Shown here: piece after piece, positions 37,372 through 48,600 of the stretch | Layout: each line of letters starts with the position of its first letter | Position numbering within the stretch: position 1 is the first letter of the stretch | NCBI GenBank assembly: GCA_022813965.1 | Contig: JALDZS010000022.1 | Coordinates: forward strand, 124,001 to 188,000 | Reading direction: 5' to 3' | DNA from: Toensbergia leucococca | Lineage: Eukaryota | DNA: 64,000 nucleotides | Program-made: the position numbers and the translations under genes | Notes under the pieces: model-generated | Database searches by the model: none | Seen by the model: the letters and a program-made list of their open reading frames with translations, nothing else | What the model was told of the DNA's origin: nothing

Positions 37372-39002
37372 TTATAATCTTGCCTTCTCTTGTGGGGTGC
37401 TTAGGTGGTCGTAGACACTCAGACCCAAGGTATCCTGAGGTACTGTGGTCGAGTGCATGCTTAAGCCCCGGGTATCGACCAGTGTAGGATTTAGTTGATC
37501 CACGTTCGAGCAGCCTATAAGTCTCATGTTCATCTCCATCTCATCCTTCAGAAGCTGCATAGCACGGTCCACACCTGGTAACCCGTAGGCGCTCATGGCG
37601 TAGAGGAAAGGCCTACCAATACCTACACCCTTCGCCCCGAGACAAAGGGCTTTAATGATGTCCGTGGCTCGTCGAATACCACCGTCGACATATATTTCGA
37701 CTCGATTTTCCCATCCCCGCTCTCGCAGTACAGGCATGACCTCGGCAAGCACTTCAATTCCTGATCTAGCAAAATCAAGTTGGCGGCCGCCGTGATTTGA
37801 CAGCACTACTCCTTGAACACCAGCCTCGATGGCCCTAATGACATCTTCGACCCTTTGAACGCCCTTGAGCACAATTGGCATATTCGTTATGCTGAGAAAC
37901 CACGGGATGTCTTTCCAGCTGAGGGACGGGTCTATAAAAGAAGAAATGGCCCGAGCTGCGCCTTGAGATCGGTCCACATTGTCACCACCAGTGTTTTGCA
38001 CATTTGAACCAACATCAGAGAATTTGCTGCGCATATCCTTCTCGCGACGACCAAGCTGAGGTGCATCAACCGTTATGAAAAGCCCCTTGCACCCACGCTT
38101 TTCCGCATGCTCGACAATACGCTTCGTGATCGCTCGATCCTTATTTACATAGAGTTGGAGCCATTGAGCCTGGTCGCCTTGCCTTGCATCGACAATTTCG
38201 TCGAAAGAACAGCTTGCGAGTGTAGGTATCATTTGCACAACATTGTGCTTCTTCGCTCCCCTGGTGAGGATCACCTCTCCTTCAGGATTACCCAGCTTTC
38301 CCAGTGCAGTAGCGGTCACGTAGAAAGGGATGTCCACCTTGGTACCTAGCATAGTTGTCGACAGATCAATCTTTTCAACATCCATTAAAATCCGGGGTCG
38401 AAACCAAATTTTGTGGTATGCGGAATGATTCTCTCGCATTGTCTAGACATTACCAATCAGTATTGATCTATGTTTCACACCGATACGACAACCTACAATC
38501 TCGTCGTCGGCGCCACTTGAGTAGTACGCCCACGCCGTCTTTTTCATCACGCGTTTTGCTACAGCCTCGAAGTCCATAAGATTGTAGCATTGCTCCAGAA
38601 TTGGCATTCGCTTGATCCTCTCCTGTCGTTCCTGCTCGTCTGGATCCTCCTCCTTTTGCTCCTGCTTCATGGTGCTCATATCGACCTCTCCCAGATGTTT
38701 CGACCGATCGAGATACTTGTCAAGTGTGTCTGGAGGATGGATTGGCTCATAAGGTTCTGTGGCATCTTTACCGGCCCATTTCAATATGATGTTCTTGCCA
38801 CCAGGATGTTCTTCTTTAAAATCAGTAAGGTCGTACGCCCTCCCTATTCAAAAAACACTTAGAGTCACGTTATCAGGTAGAATGTATGTCCGTACATCTT
38901 ACCATGTATGACAACCCAGCAGTCCTTGTCACTGTTGTGCTTCGCAACCTCATTGCCTTGAAGCTTCTGCCCTTCTGACTGCCGCTGAGGTTCTCTGTTC
39001 AT
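37372..39002 (-). CDS. CYB2: Flavocytochrome b2-like L-2-hydroxyacid (lactate) dehydrogenase: cytochrome b5 domain + FMN-dependent domain; 3 exons
   Basis: HNSDKDCWVVIHG, HPGG, AWAYYSSGADDE, LSNHGGRQLD, DGGIRRATDI..GIGRPF; ends ..EKARL*. Confidence 0.9.
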
Positions 39003-39717
39003 TTTTGGTACGTACGGAACGGAAATATTGAGAGTCACAATAATGTACAAGATACAGGAATCGAGCAGAGAGTAGATCTTCTAACAACGTTGCCTTGTGA
39101 AATGAGAGCAAGACACAGTATGAAGGAGGGAAGCAAAGAAAATAGAGTGGGATTCAGGTTTGGCATAAAATGTTGGGCCAAAGGTGATTGTTAGTAGAGT
39201 TTATTGCATTGAATAGTAGATGATGTAGTAAGAGAGGAGTATCACCTCGGATGAGAGGACGTTAATCAGTAGCTCACCCGTGTGGGGAAAGCTCGGCATT
39301 TTGATTAGGGTAGTTCCCCATGGCCGTTAAGTAGAAAGCACCTACTAACTTCAACTTCTCTTTCCACGCAGAACTGATTTGCACTGTCTCAATTCATCAC
39401 ACGACTACAGCCAAAGGATGTCAATGCTTCGTGTAGAAGATGCCACCGTCAGTCAGACCCACATCTAACGCCGGAAGTTGAGCATGCTGAATCTCTGATA
39501 ACACTTTGATATCTGCGATGATTGCATTCTCCTGATTATACAACGTGTAGAAGGGGAAGGTTATTTTTTGAGTTACCGAGTTATTGCCAAGCCCTCAGAC
39601 ATGTTACATATTTGAAAGGTTCACCCCCTGTACCACCCCCATACATGTTGCATGTATGGCAGGTTACCCCGCTTGAGTTATTTTTTGAGTTATCTGAAAA
39701 TCTCAGATTTTATTGAT

Positions 39718-40372
39718 GGGTATTGCTAATCCTACACCCCTCCCTCCCCCCCTCAACTAGAATAGTGCTCGGGCGCAAGATCACGGAGGGAAAACTCATG
39801 ATTTCACATCACATTTGCACTTGATTCTCTACCCTACGCAAGCCATTTACGTGTTCTATCTGCGTGCCATCTAGAAGCAAAATTATCTAGAAGAAAATCA
39901 ATGCTTTTAGATCACATTTTGACTTGATTTTCTCACCCTCAGGCGCATGATCACCCCTCAGGTGCAAAAACATCATGATTTTGCAAGCTATCTACCTCAT
40001 TTTAAAATCATGAAGATTCCCTATAGATAATGCTTGCTACTAAATGGCACGCAATTGAGGAGGTAGATGACATGCAATAGAGATAGAGAATCAAGAGCAA
40101 AATGTGATGTGAAATCACGATTTTTCCCTCCGTGATCAATTTTTCCCTCTGTGATCATGCGCCCGAGGATGAGAAAATCAAGTCAGAATGTGATCTAAAA
40201 GCATTGATTTTCTCCTAGATAATTTGACTTCTAGATGGCACGCAGATAGAAGACATAAATGGTTGCGTACAGGTAGAGAATCAAGTACAAATGTGATGTG
40301 AAATCACGATTTTTCCCTTCATGATCTTGCGCCCGAGCACTATCAAAATGGGGTGTAGAATTAGCAATACCC
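39718..40372. mobile_element. Non-autonomous foldback/MITE-like element, ~655 bp, with ~220-235 bp imperfect TIRs
   Basis: Starts GGGTATTGCTAAT and ends ATTAGCAATACCC. Arm 39718-39953 is reverse-complementary to 40151-40372. Flanks tttattgat / ttaatttaa (6/9 identical). Confidence 0.85.
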
Positions 40373-40864
40373 TTAATTTAAATGTTTTATGATATTCATA
40401 CGACGGCAAGCTTCGTCCGTAGCTAGCTGAGTGCACCTTACTACATTAAGTAGCTACCATACCTAATTAGGTATAACGTCACAATTTACATGTCTGAAGG
40501 TTGCAGATAACTCTATAGTAACTCGGGTTATAACTCTCCCGAGAACCCTCCCATACATGCTCTACATGTGTTGTTGGCCGGCCCTCCGTCCTTCGCCTTG
40601 ATGAATTGTGTTCAAATTACCATCTTTCAAAACATACGGAATACTTCGTACTAGCCGTTTTAATACCAAGTTGTTTCGAAACATCACCAACGGCAGATCT
40701 ACCGCCAGAAACACCAACCATTTTCAGCCGCAGGGTCCAACGATCGACATCAAACATGTGCAACCTATATTTGATACCTGCCGACCTTTGTCCGACTTCG
40801 GGCTCGCAATGACTCCGGCCATCATGAAGTCGAGATCTATCATCCAAATTTTACACCGTTAGTA

Positions 40865-41798
40865 ATGTCGAATAGTCTTGAAGCGAAGATCTGCATTCTC
40901 GGCGCTCAAGGTATGAGTCCCTTTTTGAATAGAACACTTTGGAGTGTCGGACTTACGTAGGCAAGGCGTTGGCAAAACATCTTTGGTCCATCGCTACGTG
41001 AAAGGTATCTTCAGCCCGGCAACGACTACATCCACCATCGGCGCGTCATTTCTTACTAAGCGGGTTGTCGACATTGACAGCGGCGCAACAGTACGCCTTC
41101 AGCTATGGGATACGGCAGGCCAGGAAAGGTTCCGCAGTATTTCAAAACTTTATTATCGCGGCGCATCCGCTGTACTGCTGGTATACAGCATTGTGGATGA
41201 GCACAGCTTTGAGGAGATGGGACGGTGGCTAAAGGAGCTGAAAGAGAACCTAGGGAGTGATATCGTTGTACATGTGGTTGGAACAAAGAGCGACGTTGTG
41301 ACACAGGATCCAAGTCTCAGAAGGGTCCCATTTGAGAGGTGTATAGCCTATGTTGCCGAGCATCTCAATCCAGAATTAGCTTCTTCTCCCTCGATTACTA
41401 CCAGCGGCGCCAGTGGTTTGCAAAGCTCGGATAGTAAGCGTAGCAGCGGATTCTGGGGACAAGATATTGGCTGGGACTGCTGTCATGAGATCAGTGCCAA
41501 AGACGGTGAAGGAATTGAGGAGGTATTCCGAGTAATCACGAGGAAGCTGGTCGAGCAGAAGCATAAGAGAATAGAACAAGAGCAATCAATAGAGGCTAGC
41601 ACGACGCCTGCGAATGAAAGAGGTCAGTCAGGATATTTTGATGGGCTCAGTATGGATGGCCAGGGTAGTTTTCGATTGGGACTCGGAGATAAAAGGAAGA
41701 GTTGGCTTGGGTTTCCCACTCCAAGTATTGGGATTGCGGATGAGAATGGTCCCGGAAATAGTGGTGTTAGCAGAGAGAAACGAGGACGATGCTGCTGA
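40865..41798 (+). CDS. Rab-family small GTPase (divergent Rab5-group / fungal RabX-like); intron 40911-40965
   Basis: LEAKICILGAQGVGKTSLV, STIGASF, WDTAGQERFRS, GTKSD, EISAK; C-terminal RCC prenylation motif. Confidence 0.88.
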
Positions 41799-42412
41799 TG
41801 TTTACAGTACTCCAAAATGATACACAAGATCAGTGGGACCATTGTATTACAAGAACGCAGTCCGACGGAAACAATTATTTAAGATATGGGAATCTTTGTA
41901 TGCACGAGTACCCCTACCTAGTGCCTAGGTACTTTTCAATGTGGAGCAACGAATGGGATTCATGCCAGGTATGGATACAAGCGGCAAGTTAGGTACATCA
42001 GGCAGCCCCCTTGTCGTTGTTAAGGCTTTTAGCTTCGGAGGATCGCCATTTCTACGTATTGAAGAGCCGAGGGGCCAAGCATACTCCTCCGTACTCCGTA
42101 GCAAATATCAGATTCAGAAATGCATCGACGTGCATTGTCGTGGTCAGAAACTCATATATAGCATCAAGCATGTATTTCTTCCAAGGCGATGCTATGACGG
42201 TCGCCAAGATTGGCGCTTCATTCTGGGCAATAGAATAGTGGCTGTGTGCCAGAACAGACCGCGCGAGGCTGCATAAATCATCAAGCCCCACTGTGCTTCG
42301 ACTCACCCTCTCCCATACGAAACATGATCGCACGCTGATACTTTGGATCGCACAACCTCAAGATACCAGCTGATATCTTCATATTGCCTCTCTCCTATTA
42401 CCATCTCCAAGA

Positions 42413-44044
42413 ATGTCAGGTTTAGAGTTGCTGGCAATAGTCGGGTGTGTAGCCGCCGTTACGTCGGCCTACCACGACGGCTTCGAACTTGTTCAAGAGA
42501 TTAGGGCAAAGCGGAAAGCAAAACGAGATCTACAAAGGATTTCATCTCAGGAATCGTCCACCCAAGAATTGCAAGAATCCCTATACCGCGGACAAGAAGT
42601 GGTTCAAAGCCAGTACAATCACGATTTCAGAAGATATGGTAATGCCTTCAGAATTGGCGACGGTAGGAATCTTTTGAAATATCCCGTACAAAACATGCTA
42701 ACTTTTGACGCAGATATTGCGAGGGACGCCTTAAAGGACGTTATCATTCACCTCCAGAGTCAAGTCATATCGAATCTCAAGATTGCCTGGCAGCAAGACA
42801 CCGTCGTGGACTTCACCACTTTACAAGACGCATCGGATTTTGATCAAAACCGCGCCATCATGATTTTGCTTCAGCTTCAGCAGCGCATTATTTGCTCTGC
42901 GCCCATCAGAGAAATAGGGCAATCATATCCCTCAGCCAATCTTTTGAACGGAGCTTCTCCACCGACCTCAATTGGATTCCCTCCCTCACTCTCATCGAGC
43001 GACTTCTCTCCTCAAAATTCGAGTGGCTTTTCTCCGCCCCTTTCCACAAATAGCTTTCCAGGTCCACCAGCACGACAAACATCTGCAACGCCGTCCGAAA
43101 TACCAACAGGAGACTCTATAAGCTCCATGAATAAAAGGCCTGGTAATTTGGCTGCATCTATGAAGAAAACGCTATTTCGACGTCCAAAAATCGACAAGCG
43201 ATGCTCTAGAGAATTGGATGACTCGATCACTGCAGCCCGCCCGTTTTCTGTGAATCCAACAGGTCAATCTCAAGGCGCATTCCTTAATAGGGAAGCTAGC
43301 CTTGATTCAGTACGACCTGAGACCCTCTCCAGTCAAGACTCTAGGTTCAGCTCTGTCAGTACAGGAAGTGACTCCCTACTCGAGCCTGATGGTCTCGAGT
43401 GGAATCCCTGGAGCTCGCCAAGATCGCCGAGCCCATCACGAAGGCATCACGATGCAGTGCCGCAAGCAGCTGGGCAACGAATGTCTCCACGCAGGGAATC
43501 TATCATTTCCAGTTCCTCCACTAATTCCAAGGCTGGTCTGCCTGGTGAGGCGAACAGGTTTGCGGGCTTTTGTGAAGGGGCATGGAGACTTCAAATAGGA
43601 AACAACAAGAAGGCCATGGGAGAACGGCAGCGGCCCGGCGGAATGTTCAACAAAAACAGCTATTGGAAATGTTCCAAATGCGACTTCGAAGGTCGTATGG
43701 TCAAGGATGAACAGGGACGCAAGAGCTACGACACTAGAATTTTTACCGCGGGTGGCATCCAATTTCGTTGGGAATTTCTGTTCAAAAGCCACGTCTATAT
43801 GAGACACAACGTGTCGGAGCCTATAAATCTAATGGCTTCTACTTTTGGGTGCATCTTCTGTTGCGCTGAAGGTAAAGGTACTCCAACTTTTGGCGGGGCT
43901 CCTAGTTTTATTGCCCATCTGCAAGAACACCGGGATCGGCCACCGACTGGCGAGGTTCTGTACAGGATGAAGTGCTCCGTTGGGCCAGCCAGAGAGGATG
44001 ATGAATTCCATGTAAATATGATCGAAAGATTCGTCGAGGTTTGA
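42413..44044 (+). CDS. Hypothetical protein: helical N-terminal domain, Ser/Pro-rich linker, C-terminal Cys/His-rich domain; intron 42663-42713
   Basis: 543-aa ORF with gtagga..ctaac..cag intron. GFCEGAW, CSKCDFEG, FLFKSHV, FGCIFCC, HLQEH. Confidence 0.8.
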   Translation: MSGLELLAIVGCVAAVTSAYHDGFELVQEIRAKRKAKRDLQRISSQESSTQELQESLYRGQEVVQSQYNHDFRRYGNAFRIGDGRNLLKYPVQNMLTFDADIARDALKDVIIHLQSQVISNLKIAWQQDTVVDFTTLQDASDFDQNRAIMILLQLQQRIICSAPIREIGQSYPSANLLNGASPPTSIGFPPSLSSSDFSPQNSSGFSPPLSTNSFPGPPARQTSATPSEIPTGDSISSMNKRPGNLAASMKKTLFRRPKIDKRCSRELDDSITAARPFSVNPTGQSQGAFLNREASLDSVRPETLSSQDSRFSSVSTGSDSLLEPDGLEWNPWSSPRSPSPSRRHHDAVPQAAGQRMSPRRESIISSSSTNSKAGLPGEANRFAGFCEGAWRLQIGNNKKAMGERQRPGGMFNKNSYWKCSKCDFEGRMVKDEQGRKSYDTRIFTAGGIQFRWEFLFKSHVYMRHNVSEPINLMASTFGCIFCCAEGKGTPTFGGAPSFIAHLQEHRDRPPTGEVLYRMKCSVGPAREDDEFHVNMIERFVEV

Positions 44045-44454
44045 TCTAGCGGCCTTTTCTAAGTCGAACAATTTGTCTGCAGGTTTGGCAAGGGTAGCTG
44101 GGATGGATGCTAATGTGATGGACGGTGGTGCAGAATTGATTGAATATTGTTCCAGCGAATGAGTTGCAGCTCCAGAGAAGGATTTCCTCAGTCTTCGAGC
44201 ACACTTTATGAGTGTCGCATCGAGAGGATCTAGTTGGAGCAACTGGCGGCTTCACCTTACTAAACGACGTGCATTGACTGCTTTCATCTATACCCCTTGG
44301 CAAAGTTAATACTTCAACAAATTAATGCGGCGTATTGATTCTTTCTAGTGCGGGGCCAAGATCACTGTTTGAGATAAATAATAGAACCCGAACTCAATTC
44401 AAAGCTTCACAGGCAAACGCGACGAGATGAATACTTCATAGCATTTAGTGTCCT

Positions 44455-45271
44455 TCACATTAACAAACAGCATGAGTTCTGTGATTTAGCCTGCGAAAGG
44501 AGATCTCCTGTCAACAAAGAGCCCGTGTATGAGGGTAAGCAACAGCAAACTTACCTGCTTGTAAAACATTTTACTCTGGGCACTCAATCCATCGCTCTTC
44601 TGTACCAGACTGTCAATCTTCTCCCCTCGCTCCAACACACTCTCGATAGTTTTATGTAAAACAATTTTCGTTTCATCCAACTCCTTCTGTATTTTCATGA
44701 TACTATCCGCCTGCTGCGGGTCTTGATATTTTGTAATGTAATCTTTGAGTTGTGGAAACGCAAGAGTGGGGTTGGAAGTTGCAAAGGCGGTGCGTGGGTA
44801 TCGAGAGAGGAACTCGTCGACAACCTTGGAGAGGAGTTGGTGGGCGACTAAGGCTGGATATTCGGGATCGCTGATTATGATCCCAGCAACACCCTCAGTG
44901 CGACCATAGGCGTGGAATGTGTAGGCTACAGGCCTTTATCAGGGCGTAGACCTAATGCAGAGCGTCAAGAATTCGTACACTTCTCTTCGACATCTTGCCG
45001 TTGCCCGGGCTTTGTTCTTTCCGCAACTGTCTTGCTGAAGAGTGACATAAATTCGCCATAGCTAGAATTTATAAGGTTCGACTTCTTTGAGCTCTCAGTA
45101 GACCAGACGTACTTCTCTCTTGTGAATCTAGAGTAGCTGCTAAGATCTTTCTCAACGCAAAGCTCATGAGCGGGTTTTTCCTCGTTCTTGAGGATCTATT
45201 TCAGGCTTCAGCCAAAGTTATGTTCATAAAGGGAGATAATTGATACCCACGCCAATGTAGAAGATCTTCAT
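44455..45271 (-). CDS. YKT6: Longin R-SNARE Ykt6, multi-exon
   Basis: MKIFYIG..DLSSYSRF; KIQKELDETKIVLHKTIESVLERGEKIDSLV; spliced C-terminus AKSQNSCCLLM* (CCaaX). Confidence 0.93.
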
Positions 45272-45687
45272 CTTTGGCCACAACGAGATATATGTCCGGG
45301 CTCAGAGATTAAAGGCAAAGAAGTTCAATGTTCTTTGGAGGGCGGTAACGATAATATGTGGAATGATAGGAGTGCAGTGACCGAGGTGCATTGAAGTTCA
45401 TCGTACTCCGTACCTTATGGATACAGATACGTTCTCTCAGCCTAGCCTATTTGGAGTTAGTAATTTTACAAATGGTAATAAAACAGGCTATTCCTGCAAA
45501 ACATGACTTGTTTTCCTTTCAACAAGCTCAACTGATAGTAAAGCTTCACGTCGACCACGCAGCTAGAACATTGTGGAATCGGTTACGGCGTTGCAAAACA
45601 TTAACGGTGTTTGCATTTACGCAATCTGGCAAAGCAAAGGCCGAATTCCGTCCTTGACTTCTCCATGATTTGTACCACGTATCAGAA

Positions 45688-48600
45688 ATGTCATTCTCAA
45701 TAGATTCGGCACAGTCGAAATGGCTGGCTCAAATTCAGGGGATGCGGGAAGCCATTGCTGAGCTTCAGCTGGCTCGTACCAATGATAAAATGAAAGAATA
45801 TGGCCATGATATTGTGGTTGAAGATGATGATCTTACTGGCGATAGTGGTACTGACAGTGTCTGGGATATAGCAAGCGAAGAAGGCGAGGATGAGTATAGT
45901 AGTGGCTATTCAGACGGTATTGAACTGTCTCCGCCGGATCTTGGTATCAATGAGTCTTCTTATGATCAAGTATGGCTACAAAGTAGATGCACAGCATTTG
46001 CGAGCAGAAGTTCGGGTCTTGATGCTACTGAGTTGAAAGAACATATACTGGCGCTGTTAGCTTCGGACAGCAAGGGTATGTCAGTGTTCTCCGAGACTGT
46101 CGTCGGCTGACTCTGTTCGGTAGAAGATGAGCTACAAATGTCCCTTGCGGATGTAGTAGGCTATGATGATTTGGACTTTGCAATAGAACTCATCGCTCAT
46201 CGTGAAAATATCTTAGCTTCGACCTCCCGAAAACTAGCACACGTGGATGGAGCATTAAGCCATTTTCAATCCAAACAAGAAAAAGAAGAAGCCCTTCGGC
46301 GTCAAGACTACGAGCATAAACATACTACTTTAGGCCCTGCGTTAGACCGTGATGGACCCCAGTATCCTCACGTCTACAAGTCTCACGATGCTAGCAATAC
46401 ACTTGCTGCAGGAGGGCGTAAATACGCTCTACCTTTGGGTAGCAAGAGAAACGAGCATGACAAGTACGAAGAATATTCTATCCCAGCATCTAAGGTTGGG
46501 ACTTTGGGTGTTGGAAGGAAACTCATTCAAATTCCTGAAATGGACGGGCTTTGCAAGAGGACATTCGAAGGATATACGTCTTTGAATCGGATGCAAAGCC
46601 TGGTATACCCAGTTGCGTACAAAACAAACGAGAATATGTTGATCTGCGCACCTACTGGCGCTGGTAAGACGGATGCCGCGATGCTAGCGATATTGAATGC
46701 TATCGGCCAAAATCTTACCCCCATCCCATTGGAAGAGCCAGATGCCGTGGATTTCACAGTACGAACAGAAGACTTCAAGATCATCTATGTGGCACCTATG
46801 AAAGCACTAGCCGCTGAGATTACGGAGAAATTAGGAAAACGTCTTGCGTGGCTAGGTATCAAAGTTCGCGAGTTCACGGGAGATATGCATTTGACAAAGA
46901 AAGAAATTGTCCAGACACAGATCATTGTTACTACGCCCGAGAAGTGGGATGTTGTTACTCGCAAGAGTACTGGCGATACCGAGCTTGTACAAAAAGTCCG
47001 CTTACTGATCATTGACGAGGTGCACATGCTGCACGATGAGCGTGGTGCTGTCATTGAATCCCTTGTTGCTCGAACGGAACGGCAGGTTGAGAGCACTCAG
47101 TCCTTGATCAGGATCGTGGGACTTTCTGCAACGCTGCCTAATTACGTCGACGTCGCGGATTTCTTGAAAGTGAATCGCATAGCAGGACTGTTCTACTTTG
47201 ATGCTTCCTTTCGCCCAGTACCCCTTGAGCAGCATTTCATAGGTGTAAAGGGCAAAGCTGGAACCAAAACGTCGCGGGATAATATTAATCAGACGGCATT
47301 TGAGAAGGTTAAGGAGATGTTAGAGCTCGGCCACCAAATCATGGTCTTCGTTCATTCAAGAAAAGACACGGTCAATACTGCTAGAACATTCATTGCAATG
47401 GCTGCAGATCAGCAATGTTCCGACCTTTTCGATTGCCATGAGGTGGAGGGATATACTACAGCGATCAAGGATCTAAAGAGTACAAAAGGTCGAGAGATCA
47501 GGGAATTAGTTCCAAAGGGGTTTGGGACTCATCATGCCGGGATGCCACGGTCAGACCGAAACAAAATTGAACAATTATTTGCTCGAGGTCACATCAATGT
47601 TCTATGCTGTACGGCGACACTTGCATGGGGCGTGAACTTGCCTGCGGCGGCGGTCATCATCAAAGGTACCCAGCTCTACAGCGCACAGGAAGGTAAACTT
47701 GTGGATCTTGGTATTCTGGACGTTTTGCAAATATTTGGCCGTGCTGGTCGACCTCAATTTCAGGCTACCGGTATCGGCTTCATTTGCACCACACAAGATA
47801 AGCTGGCTCATTACCTTTCCGCTGTGACTCAGCAGCAGCCGATTGAGTCCAAATTCTCCCGGAAGCTAGTTGACAACCTGAATGCAGAAATCGCTTTAGG
47901 GACGGTCACGTCAATACCAGAAGCTGTTCAGTGGGTGGGATACTCCTACCTTTTTGTGCGCATGCAGCGTAATCCTCTAACCTATGGTATTGATTGGGCC
48001 GAAATCCGAGATGACCCTCATCTGGTCCAGAAGAGACGCGAGCTTGTTATCAAGGCAGCCCGCGTCCTGCAGCAAAGTCAGATGATAATATTCAATGAAA
48101 TCACAGAAGACCTTCGAGCTAAAGACGTAGGCAGGATTGCGAGTCAATACTACGTTCTCCAAACGAGTATCGAAATCTTCAATACTATGCTGAGACCGAG
48201 AGCGACTGAAGCTGATGTGCTGAAAATGATCAGCATGAGCGGAGAATTTGATAATATTCAGTCCCGTGACAATGAATCAAAGGAATTATCAAGACTCAAG
48301 GATGAGGCAGTACCATGTGAAGTGGAAGGGGGTAATGATCTAGCTCACGCAAAGACAAACATTCTGCTCCAGTCATACATCTCACGAGCCCGTTTGGAGG
48401 ACTTCGCTCTGGTGTCTGACTCCGCATATGTGGCGCAAAATGCTGCCAGAATATGTCGTGCACTTTTCATGATAGCACTGAACAGAGGATGGGGCCACCA
48501 GTGTTCGGTACTGCTTTCTCTTTGCAAGTCTATCGAGAAGCAGATTTGGCCATTCCAGCATCCTTTCCATCAATTTGATCTACCCCTACCTATATTGAAA

